Positions 25,772 through 39,484 of a DNA stretch of 64,000 bases are shown piece by piece (the stretch's first letter is position 1; each line of letters begins with the position of its first letter). The DNA comes from Mobula hypostoma (taxonomy: Eukaryota): assembly GCF_963921235.1 (NCBI RefSeq), contig NC_086108.1, forward strand, positions 18,290,001 through 18,354,000, given 5' to 3'. The notes beneath the pieces were generated by a model. It ran no database searches, was not told the origin of the DNA, and worked only from the letters and a program-made list of their open reading frames with translations. The position numbers and the translations under genes were made by a program.

Positions 25772-28700
25772 CAATAGACAATAGACAATAGGTGCAGGAG
25801 TAGGCCATTTGGCCCTTCGAGCCAGCACCGCCATTCACTGTGATCATGGCTGATCATCCACAATCAGTACTCCGTTCCTGCCTACTCCCCATATCCCTTG
25901 ACTCCGCTATCATTAAGAGCTCTATCTAACTCTTTTTTGAAAGCATCCAGAGAATTGGCCTCCACTGCCTTCTGAGGCAGAGCATTCCACAGATCCACAA
26001 CTCTCTGGGTGAAAAGGTTTTTCCTCAACTCCGTTCTAAATAGCCTACCCCTTATTCTCAAATTGTGGCCTCTGGTTCTGGACTCCCCAACATCGGGAAC
26101 ATATTTCCTACGTGTCCAATCCCTTAATAATCTTATATGTTTCAATCAGATCCCCTTGCATCCTTCAAAATTCCAGTGTATACAAGCTCAGTCACTCCAA
26201 TCTTTCAACATATGACAGTCCCGCCATCCCGGGAATTAACTTCGTGAACCTCCACTGCACTCCCTCAATAGCAAGAATGTCCTTCCTCAAATTTGGAGAC
26301 CAAAACTGTACACAATACTCCAGGTGTGGTCTCCCGAAGGCCCTGTGCAACTGCAGAAGGACTTCTTTGCTCCTATACTCAACTCCCCTTGCTATGAAGG
26401 CCAACATGCCATTAGCTTTCTTCACTGTCTGCTGTACCTGCATGCTTACTTTCAGTGACTGATGAACAAGGACACCAAGATCTCATTGTACTTCCCCTTT
26501 CCCTAACTTGACACCATTCAAATAGTAATCTGCCTTCCTGTTCTTGCCACCAAAGTGGGTAACCTCACATTTATCCACATTAAACTACATCTGCCATGCA
26601 TCTGCCCACTCACCCAACCTGTCCAAGTCATCCTGCATTATCTCAACATCCTCCGCACATTTCACACTGCCGCCCAGCTTTGTGTCATCTGCAAATTTGC
26701 TAATGTTACTTTTAATCCCTTCATCTAAATCATTAATGTATATTGTAAATAGCTGCGGTCCCAGCACGGAGCCTTGTGGTACCCCACTAGTCACTGCCTG
26801 CCATTCTGAAAAGGACCCACTAATCCCTACTCTTTGTTTCCTGTCTGCCAACCAATTTTCTATCCATGTCAGTACCCTACCCCCAATACCATGTGCTCTA
26901 ATTTTGCCCACTAATCTCCTATGTGAGACCTTATCAAAGGCTTTCTGAAAGTCTAGGTACACTACATCCACTGGCCCTCCCTTGTCCATTTTCATAGTTA
27001 CATGCTCAAAAAATTCCAGAAGATTAGTGAAGAATGATTTCCCCTTCGTAAATCCATGCTGACTCGGACTGATCCTGTTACTGTTATCCAAATGTGCCGC
27101 TATTTCATCCTATATAATTGATTCCAGCATCTTCCCCACCACTGATATCAGGCTAACTGGTCTATAATTCCCTGTTTTCTCTCTCCCTCCTTTCTTAAAA
27201 AGTGGGATAACATTAGCTACCTTCCAGTCCTCAGGAACTGATCCTGAATCTATAGAACAATGGAAAATAATTACCAATGCGTCCATGATTTCTAGAGCTA
27301 CCTCCTTAAGTACCCTGGGGTGTAGGCAATCAGGCCCTGGGGATTTATCAGCCTTCAGTCCCATCAGTCTATCCAACACCATTTTCTGTCTAATGTGAAT
27401 CTCCTTCAGTTCCTCCGTTACCCTAGGTCCTCTGGCCACTATTACATCTGGGAGATTGTTTGTTTCTTCCCTAGTGAAGACAGACCCAAAGTACCTGTTC
27501 AGCTCGTCTGCCATTTCCTTGTTCCCCATAATAAATTCACCCGTTTCTCTCTTCAAGGGCCCAACTTTGGCCTTAACTAATTTTTTCGTCTTCACATACC
27601 TAAAGAAGCTTTTACTATCCTCCTTTATATTCTTGGCTAGCTTGCCTTCGTATCTCATCTTTTCTCCCCCTATTGCCTTTTTAGTTATCCTCTGTTGCTC
27701 TTTAAAAGTTTACCAATCCTCTAGCTTCCTGCTCATCTTTGCTATGTTATACTTCTTCTCTTTTATTTTTATACTATCCTTGACTTACCTTGTCAGCCAC
27801 AGTCGCCCCTTACTCGCCTTAGAGTCTTTCTTCCTCTTTGGAATGAACTGATCTTGCACCTTCTGTATTATTCCCAGAAATACCTGCCATTGTTGTTCCA
27901 CTGTCATCCCTGTTCGGGTACCTTTCCAGTCAACTTTGGCCAGCTCCTCCCTCATGGCTCCATAGTCCCCTTTGTTCAACTGCTATACTGACACTTCCGA
28001 TTTTCCCTCCTCCCTCTCAAATTGTAGTTTAAAACTTACCATATTATGGTCACTACCTCCTAATGGCGCCTTTACCTCGAGTTCCCTTATCAAATCCGGT
28101 TCATTACACAACACTAAATCCAGAATTGCCTTCTCCTTGGCAGGCTCCAGTACAAGTTGCTCTAAGAATCCATCTCGGAGGCACTCCGCAAACTCCCTTT
28201 CTTTGGGTCCAGTACCAACTTGATTTTCCCAGTCTACCTGCATGTTAAAATCCCCCATAATAACCGTAGCATTACCTTTGCGACGTTGCAATTTTAACTC
28301 TTGATTCAACTTGCACCCTACATCCAGGCTACTGTTTGGGGGCCTGTAGATAACTCCCATTAGGGTCTTTCTACCCTTAGAATTTCTCAGTTCTATCCAT
28401 ACTGACTCTACATCTCCTGATTCTATGTCGCCCCTCGCAAGGGACTGAATTTCATTCCTCACCAATACAGCCACCCCACCCCCTCTGCCCACCTGTCTGT
28501 GCTTTCGATAGGACGTATTCCCTTGAATATTCATTTCCCAACCCTGGTTCTCTTGCAGCCATGTCTCTGTTATTCCTACAACATCATACTTGCCAATTTC
28601 CAACTGAGCCTCAAGCTCATCCACTTTATTTCTTATACTTTGTGTATTCCTATATAATACTTTTAATCCATTACTCCCCTCACCTGTCACATCGATTCCT

Positions 28701-28940
28701 ATTGCACTTGGCCATACTCGCCGATCCTTTCCTGAGCTTTCTGCACCACTAATTCTGTTGCTTTTCTTAACTTTCCTTATTCTCTCTTTCCCTTTAACTC
28801 CATTCTTATATTTCCAGTTCGTTCCCTCCCCCCCACTACTTAGTATAAACACAACCGTGTAGCAGTGGCAAACCTGCCTGCCAGAATGCCGGTCCCCCAC
28901 CTGTTAAGATGCAACCTGTCCCTTTTGTACAATTCATCCT
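25772..28940 (-). mobile_element. CR1 LINE with nearly complete ORF2 (APE plus RT), few disablements
   Basis: ORFs 27983-28900 (APE: GITETWL, GDFN, SDH), 27110-27658, 26585-27091 (FADD), 26192-26443, 25882-26145; (ATAGACA)n tail. Confidence 0.93.
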
Positions 28941-29279
28941 AAATAAATTCTGCCTCCACTCCATTAGCATACCTTCCAAAAACTTATCCCCTACAGATGT
29001 CAGGCTGACTGCTGTATGGTTTCCCAACTTATTCTCAGAGGAATACAATGGAACCACATTAGTTTTGCACTAATCCTCCAGCACCTCAACTGTGGCTAAG
29101 GATGTTGTAAATACCTCAGCTTCTGTCTCCTATGTAAATACAGATGCAAAAAAAAACATTTAGGAATCTCCCCCATCTCTTTCAGGGCAATGCATGGATT
29201 ACCATGCTGATCTTCAAAGGATTGATTTTGTCCTTTGCTGTAGTTTTTTTCTTAATCTATACAGAAGCCCATGGGATTC

Positions 29280-32200
29280 TGTCATGCCTTGGTCTGGCCA
29301 CCTGTGGGTGCCAGTGTCCACTAGGCTCCAATGCCTCTCCTCCCCTGATCATTAGATGATTATTTTCTCCTGCATCTTGTTTAAGTTATCTGTATACCTG
29401 TCCGTTGTTTTGTTTGTCTATTTAAGTTCCACCTGGTTTGTTTGTCTTTCCTCAGCATTGTGTATACCTGCCTTTTGTGTGGTGATTCTTGAGTCCTAGT
29501 CTGTGCTCTTTATATGACCCAACCCACAAGTAAAGCTTTGTTCAATTCCATCCTCGTCTCTGGTCTTCTCTGCGCTTAGGTCCACCTGCCTCTCCTGATA
29601 GTCCCTGGGGTGAAGATAACACCATAACAACCCCAGGTCAAACCCAACCTGGCAACTACCCATCCTGACAGCAAGACTGAGCCACAACATGGACATAGTA
29701 GAGTATGAGCCTTTCTGATCAGTGTTGGCCAGCTGGAAGTCATAGCACGGTGAGTGGACATGAGTGTGTGCTCAAGTAGATCTTAACAGCCTTGCGGATG
29801 CTCATCGAGATCATCCAGCTGAACTCGCTGCCACCCCAGCTCCCGAGTCTCCAAACCTTCCAACACCTGAGCAATTTGAAGGCAACCCAGGGACCTGTAG
29901 AAGATTTCTTATTCAGTGTTCTCTGGCTTTCGAGTTGCAACCTACCAAGTTCCCCTCTGACTGCTGAAAAGTGGCATATATCACCTCTCTCCTCTCTGGC
30001 AAAGCTCTCGCTTGTGCTACAATCTGGGAATAGAACTCTTCAAATTGTGCTGATGTATCCCTCTTCACCAGAAAGATGAAAAGGGTGTTTGAGCACCCAG
30101 TCAGTGGACAATAGGTGGCCAACCAACCTTTCCAACTTTGTAAGGGTACTTTGTCAGTGCGGCTGACTGCACCATTGAGTTCTGCAACCTTGCAGCAGAG
30201 AGTGGTTGGAACACTTTATAGCCCTCGTAGCCATGTTTCACCATGGGTTATCAGGTGAAATTAAAGATGAATTGGCAGCCAGAGATCCATTTAAAGATCT
30301 CGAGACTCTCATTGATACCTCCATCCAGGTTGGCAATTATCTCCAGGAAAGGAGAGGAAGGCACTGCAGTGAGTCCTCAAGGGCTGCCAGGTTCCAAGCC
30401 CCTCCAGCCTCATTGTCCTCAGTGCAGTCATGCACACCTTCCAACTTCCCTCAACTTCCTCTAGAGGAGCTGATACGACTGGGCTGAACCTGACTTTCTC
30501 CAGCTGAGGGGGATGGAGAATGAAGGGAAAGTGCTGTCTCTACAGTGGTGAGCCAGCCCATTTCCGTTCTGCATGTCCTAATCGGTCAAGAAAACATCCA
30601 GACTCATCCCAGGAAGAGAGATCTGTGACTGGTTCCACCATTCTTCCCAGGTCTGGGGTTGTGCTATCAACCTCCATTTCCTGTGGCTAACAAAAACATG
30701 CTCAGAGCCTTTGTGAATTCTGTTGCAGCAGGCAGTTTCTTCCTTCTAAGCTTAGGCCTGGCCCATGTTAACCAACTGGTGAAGCCAGAGCTCTGTGCAG
30801 AAGACCTCTAGGCCCTGGGAGGATCTGCCACCTCACTGCTCCCATCTGTCTGCATATAGAACAGCATACCAAGACTATCTAGTTTCACCTTATTCAGTCT
30901 CCTGAGTTCCCATTGATCCCTGGTTAGCCCTCCACAGCGCACAAATTGACTGGTCCATGGGGTACACTCCACAGATGGTCTTCTCACTGCCGGGCTGCCT
31001 CTTGCCCCTCCCAAGCCACCTCCTGTCTTTCCAAAGCTGTCCCGGGTTCCGCACAAGTATGAAGACCTGCTGGACATTTTTAGTAAGAAAAGGACCACAA
31101 CATTCCCACTTCATCACACCTATGACTGTACAATTGAGTTGCTACTTGGGACCTGTCCAGCCTGAGCAATACTCTACTCCCTGTCAGCTCCAAAAAGGGT
31201 GGCCATGGGGGAAGATGCCCTAGCATCTGTTTTCATCCACCCCTCCACATCGCCTGGTTCTTCTTCATGGTGAAAAAGGATGGTAGACTCCGACCATGTA
31301 TGGTTTATCAAGGCCTTGACAAGATCAGTGAAGAGCTGGTACTCCTTGCTACTGATGTCCATGGCATCCAAGTTATTGCAAGGAGCAACCATCTTGACTA
31401 AACTGGACCTCCGAAATGTATACAACCTGGTCTGCATTTGGGAGGATGTGGAGTAGATGCTTTTAAATGGCCATGATAAATATCTCATGATGCCATTCAG
31501 TTTAGTCAATACCCCAGCTGGTCTTCCAGGCCCTTATTAATGACATATTCTGAGAGATGCTAAATCACTTTGTATACTTCATGATATACTCAGCTTCTCC
31601 AAGACATACTATGAACACATTCAACATATTCTGAGTTCCTTAATGTTTACTCCAGAATCAACTAGCTGTCAAACTGGAGAAGTTGAGTTCCACATCTCTA
31701 CAGTCTCCTTCCTCGGGTTTATTTTCCTAAGGGGAACCTAGCAAGACCTAAGCCACAACCTTCCACAATCAAACAGCTCCGGTGTTTTCTGGGGTTCACT
31801 ATTACTGGACATTCATCCACACTTCCAGTTCCATTGCCTCTGCACCCCTTACTGCTCTGACTAAGAGAACCTTCGGCCAATTTTGTTGGACCCCAGACGC
31901 CGAGGTACTATAGCTTTCCAGGAATTGAAGCATTCCTTTTCAACAGCTCCTGTCCTTGTCCTCCCTGAAGTGCTGCCCTTCATTTTTGAAGTAGATGCTT
32001 CAGATGTTTCTTTCACAATGAACCCCACCTGACCAGAAACCCCATTTCTGTACTTTCTTCTCCTGATGGCTCTCTCCTGCAGAGAGGAATTATGATATGG
32101 GGAATAGAGAGCTGTTGGTGATCAAGTTAGCTCTGGGAGGAGTGGAGTCATTGACTGGAGGGGACCAAACATCCATTTGTAGTCTGGATAGACCATGAGA

Positions 32201-35200
32201 ACCTGGCTTCTATTCAAGAGGTGAAGTGGTTAAGTTCATGTCAGGGTCATTGGTCTCTCTTTTTTAACCATTTTGAATTTATCATTACTTCTGTTCTGGT
32301 TTGAAGAATTGGAAGTCCGATGCCCTTTCCAGGATTTTGAACAATCTGATTGCCATTCCAGAACCCATCCTCCAGAGGTTTACATTGATCACACTGGCCC
32401 AATGGGATGTTCAGACCATCCTCGAGAAGCAGACCCAGGGAACAGCCCACTGTGTTCCCTTTTAATCTCCAACACTGTCTGTTCAGATGTGTTACAGTGG
32501 GGCATGCATCACATATCATATAACCGTATAACAATTACAGCACAGAAACAGGCAATCACAGCCCTTCTAGTCTGTGCTGAACTCTTACTCTCACCTAGTC
32601 CCACCGACCTGCACTCAGCCCATAACCCTCCATTCCTTTCCTGTCCATATATCTATCCAATTTAACTTTAAACGACAACATCGAGCCTGCCTCAACCACT
32701 TCTGCTGGAAGCTCGTTCCACACAGCTACCATTCTCTGAGTAAAGAAGTTCCCCCTCATGTTACCCCTAAACTTTTGCCCTTTAACTCTCAACTCATGTC
32801 CTCTTTTTTGAATCTTCCCCATTCTCAATGGAAAAAGCCTATCCACGTCAACTCTATCAATCCCCCTCATAATTTTAAACACCTCTATCAAGTCCCCCAT
32901 CAACCTTCTACGTTCCAAAGAATAAAGACCTAACTTGTTCAACCTTTCTCTGTAACTTAGGAGATGAAACCCAGGCAACATTTTAGTAAACCTCCTCTGT
33001 ACTCTCTCAATTTTATCGACATCTTTCCTACAATTCGGTGACCAGAACTGTACACAGTACTCCAAATTTGGCCTTACCAATGCCTTATACAATTTCAACA
33101 TTACATTCCAACTCCTATACTCAATGCTCTGATTAATAAAGGCCAGCATACGAAAAGCTTTCTTCACCACCCTATCCACATGAGATTCTACCTTTAGGGA
33201 ATTATGCACCATTATTCCTAGATCCCTCTGTTCTACAGCATTCTTCAATGCCCTACCATTTACTATGTATGTCCTATTTTGATTAGTCCTTCCAAAATGT
33301 AGCACCTCACATTTTTCAGCATTAAACTCCATCTGCCATCTTTCAGCCCACTCTTCTAACTGGCCTAAATCTCTCTGCAAGCTTTGAAAACCTACTTCAT
33401 TATCCACAACGCCACCTATCTTAGTATCATCTGCATACTTACTAATCCAATTTACCACCTCATCATTGAGATCATTAACATATATGACAAACAACATTGG
33501 ACCCAGTACAGATCCCTGAAGCACACCGCTACACACCCTCCTTCAATCTGACACACAGTTATCCACCACTACTCTCTGGCGTCTCCTATCTAGCCACTGC
33601 TATATCCATTTTACTACTTCGATATTAATGCCTAATGATTGGGCCTTCCTAACTAACCTTCCGTGTGGAACCTTATCAAAGGCGTTACTGAAGTCCATAT
33701 AGACAAAATCCACCGCTCTACCCTCGTCAACTTTCTTAATAACCTCATCAAAAAATTCAGTAAGATTTGTCAGACATGACCTTCCACGCACAAATCCATG
33801 TTGACTGTTCCTAATCAGACCCTGTCTATCCAGATAATTATATATACCATCTCTAAGAATACTTTCCATCAATTTACCCACCTCTGACGTCAAACTCACA
33901 GGCCGATAATTGCTAGGTTTACTCTTGGAACCCTTTTTAAACAATGGAACCACATAAGCAATATGCCAATTCTCCGGCACCATCCCCGTTTCTAATGACA
34001 TTTGAAATATTTCTGTCAGTGCCCCTGCTATTTCCACACTAACTTCCCTCAAGGTCCTAGGGAATATCTTGTCCAGACCCGGAGACTATATAGTCCTTAA
34101 AAGCACCAGTACTTCCTCTTCTTTAATTGTCATACTTTCCATAACCAACCTTCTTGTTTCCTTTACCTTTCACAATTCAATATCCTTCTCCTTCGTTAAA
34201 ATGCGAAGAAAAGAAATTGTTCAAAATCTCCCCCATCTCTTTTGGCTCCGCACATAGCCGTCCACTCTGATTCTCTAAGGGACCAATTTTATCCCTCACT
34301 ATCCTTTTGCTATTAACATAACTGTAGAAACCCTTTGGATTTATTTTCACCTTACTTGCCAAAGCAGCCTCGTATATTCTTTTAGCTTTTCTAATTTCTT
34401 TCTTAAGATTCTTTTTACATTCTTTATATTCCTCAAGCATCTCATTAACTCCAAGCTGCCTTTTGTAAATCCCTCTCTTTTTCTGAACCAAGTTTCCAAT
34501 ATCCCTTGAAAACCATGCCTCTTTCAAACTTTTAACCTTTCCTTTCAACATAATAGGAACATAAAGATCCCGCACCCTCAAAATTTCACCTTTAAATGAC
34601 CTCCATTGCTCTATTACATCCTTCCCATTAAACAAATTGTCCCGATCCACTCCTTCTAAATCCTTTCGCATGTCCTCAAAGTTAGCCTTTCTCCAATCAA
34701 AAATCTCAATCCTAGGTCCAGTCCTATCCTTCTCCATAATTATATTGAAACTAATGATATTGTGATTATTGGTACCGAAGTGCTCCCCAACACATACCTC
34801 CGTCACCTGCCTTATCTCATTCCCTAACAGGAGATCCAACACTGCCCATTCTCTAGTTGGTACCTCTATGTATTGTTCCAAAAAACTATCTTGCACACAT
34901 TTGACAAACTCCAAACCATCCAGCCCTTTTACAGAATGGGCTTCCCAGTCTACGTGTGGAAAATTAAAATCTCCCACAATCACAACCTTGTGCTTACTAC
35001 AAATATCTGCTATTTCCTTACAAATTTGCTCCTCCAGTTCTCGGTCCCCATTAGGTGGTCTATAATACACCCCTATAAGCGTCAAAACACTTTTCCTATT
35101 CCTCAATTCCAACCCAAATAGCCTCTGTAGATGAGTCCACTAATCGATCCTGCCAGAGCACCTTTGTTATATTTTCTCTGACAAGCAATGCAACATCTCC

Positions 35201-36760
35201 ACCTCTTGCCCCTCCTATTCTATCACACCTGAAGCAACGAAATCCTGGAATATTTAGTTGCCAATCACACCCTTCCTGCAACGTTTCACTAATAGCTACA
35301 ACATCATATTTCCGGGTATCATTCCATGCTCTAAGCTCATCCACCTTTCTTACAATGCTCCTAGCATTAAAATAGATGCATTTAAGAAACTCTCCAACTC
35401 CTACTCTCTGTTTATCCTTAATGGAGCAAACAACTTTGTTATCTTTTAATTCCTTGCCCCTACATCTTTGGTCTGACTGCTCCTGATCTCTGTCCCCTGC
35501 CTAGCCTCCCTCTCACACTGTCTACCTGCTTTCTCTATTTGTGAACTAACCTCCTCTCTCCTAGTCTCTGGATCTCTGGACATCTGAGGACTGTTCAAAC
35601 AGCAGAGGTTATCAAGAGGCAGTTCTGGTGGCTGGGCATGGATCCGGACATTAAATCATTCATAGCAGCCTTTCACATCTGTGCTCAGAGCAGCGAACCA
35701 GATCATGTCCACAAAAGCTGCTACACCCACGTAAGATGGCGGCGCACATGGTCGTAGCAGACTCTCTGGCTCCAATCAATGGTGCAATTTCTTGGCCAGT
35801 TCATCCTGTTTATATTTTATATGATCATAAAACACTGCTGACACCTTTACTGCACACTACATATACTCTGAGTTAACTTCGTTGTGGGAATACTTTGTTT
35901 TTGTGTTGTGTGTGATGTGTTTTGTGGGTGCAATGTGGTCCAGAGGAGCATTGTTTCATTTGGTTCGATATATGTACAGTCAGAATACAATAAACTTGAG
36001 CTTTAACTGCCTGACCCTGGTCCCACATTTCCATCGACTTCATTCCCTGTCCATAGTGCGGACCGGTTCTCCAAGTCCTGCCACTTTGTGCCTCTACTCA
36101 AGCTTACCTCAGCTCGGGAGATGGCAAACCTCATGTTCCAACACATGTTTAGAGTAGTACATGGCCCTACCCAGGATGTCGTTTCTGACCAAGGCCTTCG
36201 GATTACCTCTTGATTTTAGAAGGCCTTCTATCAGCTCACTGGAGCTACAGTCAGCCTCTCATTGGGATTTCACCCCTGTCTTCTCCCAACTCCAAATGGC
36301 AGATGGACAGAACCATCCAGGACCTGGAGAAGACTGCGTTGGCCAACCCAATAATTTGGAGTGATTATTAGCTCTGGGCAGAGTTTGTTCCTAGCATTCT
36401 ATGTCACTCTCCCATTAAATGTCAGTTTAGTTATTCACACCTTCTATTTCCTGAGTCCAAGTCTGAGGTGGGAGTCCAATCTGCTGAATAGCTGATCCAT
36501 TGTGCTGGTGGAAGTGGAGGAAAGCTCGGGCATTCTGCTGAAGGTCTTTCTGCAGCAACAGCAGCATGCATACAACTGAAAGAGGCTGAGGCCTTTGTTC
36601 TGTGCTGGTCAAAGGGTCTGGTTCTCCAACAAGACCTTACTATAAGCATTGTGCCTTGGAAACTGGCGTCATACTACATTGGACCATTCAAGGTTCTCCA
36701 TCGGATCAACCCAGTCACTTACCATCTTCACTTACCATGCATAAAATGCCATTTGGGAAT
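29280..36760 (+). mobile_element. Decayed Sushi-like (chromovirus-type Ty3/Gypsy) LTR retrotransposon; 5' LTR ~29280-29670, no 3' LTR found; interrupted by CR1 (32520-35570) and a small element (35730-36010)
   Basis: LTR TGTCA...TGACA; Gag PEQFEGNPGTCRRFLIQCSLAFELQP and FHHGLSGEIKDELA; RT YDCTIELL, KKDGRLRPC, KLDLRNVYNLV; RNase H EVDAS, ERNYDMGNRELL; integrase DRFSKSCHFVPL, PQDVVSDQG, YIGPFKVLHRINPVTY. Confidence 0.85.
32520..35570 (-). mobile_element. CR1 LINE, nearly complete ORF2, inserted in the Sushi-like element
   Basis: ORFs 35096-35344 and 34177-35112 (APE), 33600-34052 and 32595-33536 (RT, YADD). Confidence 0.93.
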
Positions 36761-36978
36761 CTCATTCTCATCCACAGGACCTCCTCTCTGTTCCCGGTAC
36801 CAGTGAATCCTACACAACAGCTTGCCTTCTCTCCCTGCTTCCCTTCTGAGCCACAGGGCCAGATTCTATGCCAGAGACCTGACTACTATGGCTTTCCTCT
36901 GCTATGTCATCCCCCAAGGCAGTATACCTGTTATTGAGAGGAATAGCTGCAGGAGTACTCTTTACTGATAGGTACTTG

Positions 36979-37014
36979 AGTCCTGATGAAGGGCCTCGGC
37001 CTGAAATGTCGACT
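36979..37014 (+). ncRNA. Minimal type I hammerhead ribozyme-like motif (Penelope-derived), sense to the PBX pre-mRNA
   Basis: AGTC-CTGATGA-AGGGCCTCGGCCT-GAAA-TGTC-GACT: stem I AGTC/GACT, core CUGANGA/GAAA, GUC site. Confidence 0.6.
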
Positions 37015-37081
37015 GTTTACTCTTTTCCATAGACGCTGCCTGACCTCCTGAGTTCCTCCAGCATTTTGTGTATGTAGCTTG

Positions 37082-37687
37082 TGTAACCCTCAAGTTCGGC
37101 CAGCACGTGTTCGTGTAGGGGAAGACAGCTTCTGGCCCCGCCAAACTGAGAAATCTCATTTGTGTGGATGCTGTGTGATGTGTTGCCCGGTTATAAATCC
37201 GCACTGCAAAATATCAAACAGTACACCATATACAATTAAATGATTGAACTTTATAAATCTTAATCTGAATAGAAAAGTAAAAGGTCCCATTTTAAGGAAA
37301 AAAGTCAAAAGTGCACGTTGGAGCTCACTAATACGGCTATTCATCAACCATCGACCTCCTCTAAGCGTCGCCGACCTTCAGACCCTCGTTCCCAGTCCAC
37401 TCCATCCAGTGGTCTACCAGCTTTCTCCACACGCATCTTCCTTCTTCTTCTCTCCCTAACAAAAGGCCCTGAAAATCTTTCTTCCAGACTCACAAGAAAA
37501 AACAACATTTCTCCCATTGAATAATATACATTCCAAAGCCCTGTTATCTCTAATCATAACCCAAACATTGCTTCTACAGAGAAACCATTACATTAGTAGT
37601 GAAACATTGCAGAGAAACCATTACATTAGCAGTGAAACATTGCAGAAGGGCTATTACATTAGCAGTGAAACCTTATAGCATGTTACA
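37082..37687. mobile_element. Solo LTR (606 bp) inserted in a Penelope-derived tail
   Basis: Termini TGTAAC...GTTACA; 4-bp TSD CTTG (37078-37081, 37688-37691); the host repeat rejoins as tagCTTGgatttccagcatctgcaga. Confidence 0.85.
37575..37680. repeat. ~33-bp tandem repeat (about 3 copies) inside the solo LTR
   Basis: cagagaaaccattacattag(t/c)agtgaaacattg repeated. Confidence 0.85.
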
Positions 37688-38689
37688 CTTGGATTTCCAG
37701 CATCTGCAGATTTTGTCTTGTTTGTGATTGGATGACTACTCTGCAAAGTGTCTTCCAGGGATGCCTACCCTGAAGAAATTTAAATCTTCTCTTTGATGGG
37801 AGTTCAGTGAAACCCTCTCTCACTGCTCCCCCTCTTTGATGTCTGATGCCCTCTGATTCTTCAACCATGTGCTCACCCAGACCTGTTACCACAGCAGTCC
37901 TGATGAAGTGTCTCAGCCCAAATGTCAACTGTTTACTCTTTTCCATAGGTGCTGCCTGGTCTGCTGAGTTCCCTCAGCATTTTGTATGTGGTATTCTCTA
38001 CTGCCTGCCTATCCCTTTTCCCCCTCCCAACAGTCACCCAGTTACTTGTGTCTTGTATCTTAGGTGTAACTACATCCCTGATTTGCTTGTCAATTAACCC
38101 CTCAAAATCTCAAATGATCCAAAGTTTATCCAGCTCCAGTTTCAATAACTTAATGCAGTCTGTTAGAAGCTGCAGCTGGATGCACTTCCTGCAGGTATAG
38201 TCATCAGGGGCACTGGTGGTCTCTCTGCCTTCCCACATCCTGCAAAAGAAGCATTCCTACTGCTCTAACTGTGCAATAAGAAAGGAAGAAATTAAGTTAC
38301 TTGAAATCTGCCTACAGCCTCTGCCTCTCCTTGCCAAAGCCTCAAAACTCCTGACTCCAACACCATCCCACTCACACAAAATTGTCACTCTCATAATGGC
38401 TGCTCCACTTAAACCTGTGATCTGTGGAGAGCAGAATGTTTCAACTGACCCTGGACGCATTTGTTTTCAAATCTCACTCCTGTTATGCATAATAAGCCCG
38501 GCCATGTGACCTTTTAGGGGACAGTGACCACACTCCTTAACTTTCAGGATAGCTATAGTCATTGTAAGAAAGTTTTAATTTAGAGCAGGGCAAATTATGA
38601 GGGTGAAAGGAGGGAACTAAGAGTTAATTGGGAGCTCCTTTTCTCTGGCAAGTCCACATCAGACATGTGGAGGGTGTGGGAGATCCTGT

Positions 38690-39483
38690 GAGTCCTTCAC
38701 CTGTGAGTCGGTGTGCCCGGTGCGGCCTTCTATATATATGTTGGCGAGACCCGACGCAGGCCGGGAGACCATTTCGCTGAACACCTATGCTCTGTCCGCC
38801 AGAGAAATCAGGATCTCCCAGTGGCCACATATTTTAATTCCACGTTCCATTCCCATTCTGATACGTTTATCCACAGCCTCCTCTACTGTCAAGATGAAGC
38901 CACACTCAGGTTGGAGGAACAACACCTTGTATTCTATCTGGGTAGCCTCCAACCTGATGGCATGAACATTGACTTCTCTAACTTCTGTTAATGCCCTCCT
39001 CCCCTTCATACCCCACTCCTTATTTATTTATTTATCTATCTAGCTATTTATTTATTTATTTATTTATCTCTCCTCCCCCCCCCTTTTTTTTCTTTTTCTC
39101 TTTTTTCTCCCTCTGTCCCTCTCACTATAACTCCTTGCCTGCTCTCCAATCTCTGGGCTCCACTCCCCCATTCTTTCTCCCCAAGCTTCCTGTCCCATGA
39201 TCCTCTCCCTTCTCCAGTCTTGTATCCCTTTTGCCAATCAACTTTCCAGCTCTTAGCTCCCTCCCTCCCCCTTCTGTCTTCTCCTATCATTTCAGATCTC
39301 CCCCTCCCCCTCCCACTTTCAAATCTCTTACTATCTTTTCTTTCAGTTAGTCCTGACAGAGGGTCTCGGCCCAAAACATCGACTGTATCTCTTCCAATAG
39401 ATGCTGTCTGGCCTGCTGCGTTCACCAGCATTTTTTGTGTGTGTTGCTTGAATTTCCAGCATCTGCAGATTTCCTCATGTTTG
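38690..39483 (+). mobile_element. Penelope-like element 3' part: GIY-YIG endonuclease end plus tail with a degenerate hammerhead-like motif
   Basis: ORF 38713-38991 YVGETRRR..HFAEHL..PVATYFN..RLEEQHLVFYLGSLQPDGMNIDFSNF; (TTTA)n at ~39020-39066. Confidence 0.85.
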
Positions 39484-39484
39484 A

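Noticed and set aside
29671..29690. Possible Tf1/Sushi-type self-priming PBS
   Set aside because: No convincing complementary stretch found in the decayed LTR by eye.
37575..37680. CRISPR-like repeats
   Set aside because: Tandem units without unique spacers, inside a vertebrate LTR.
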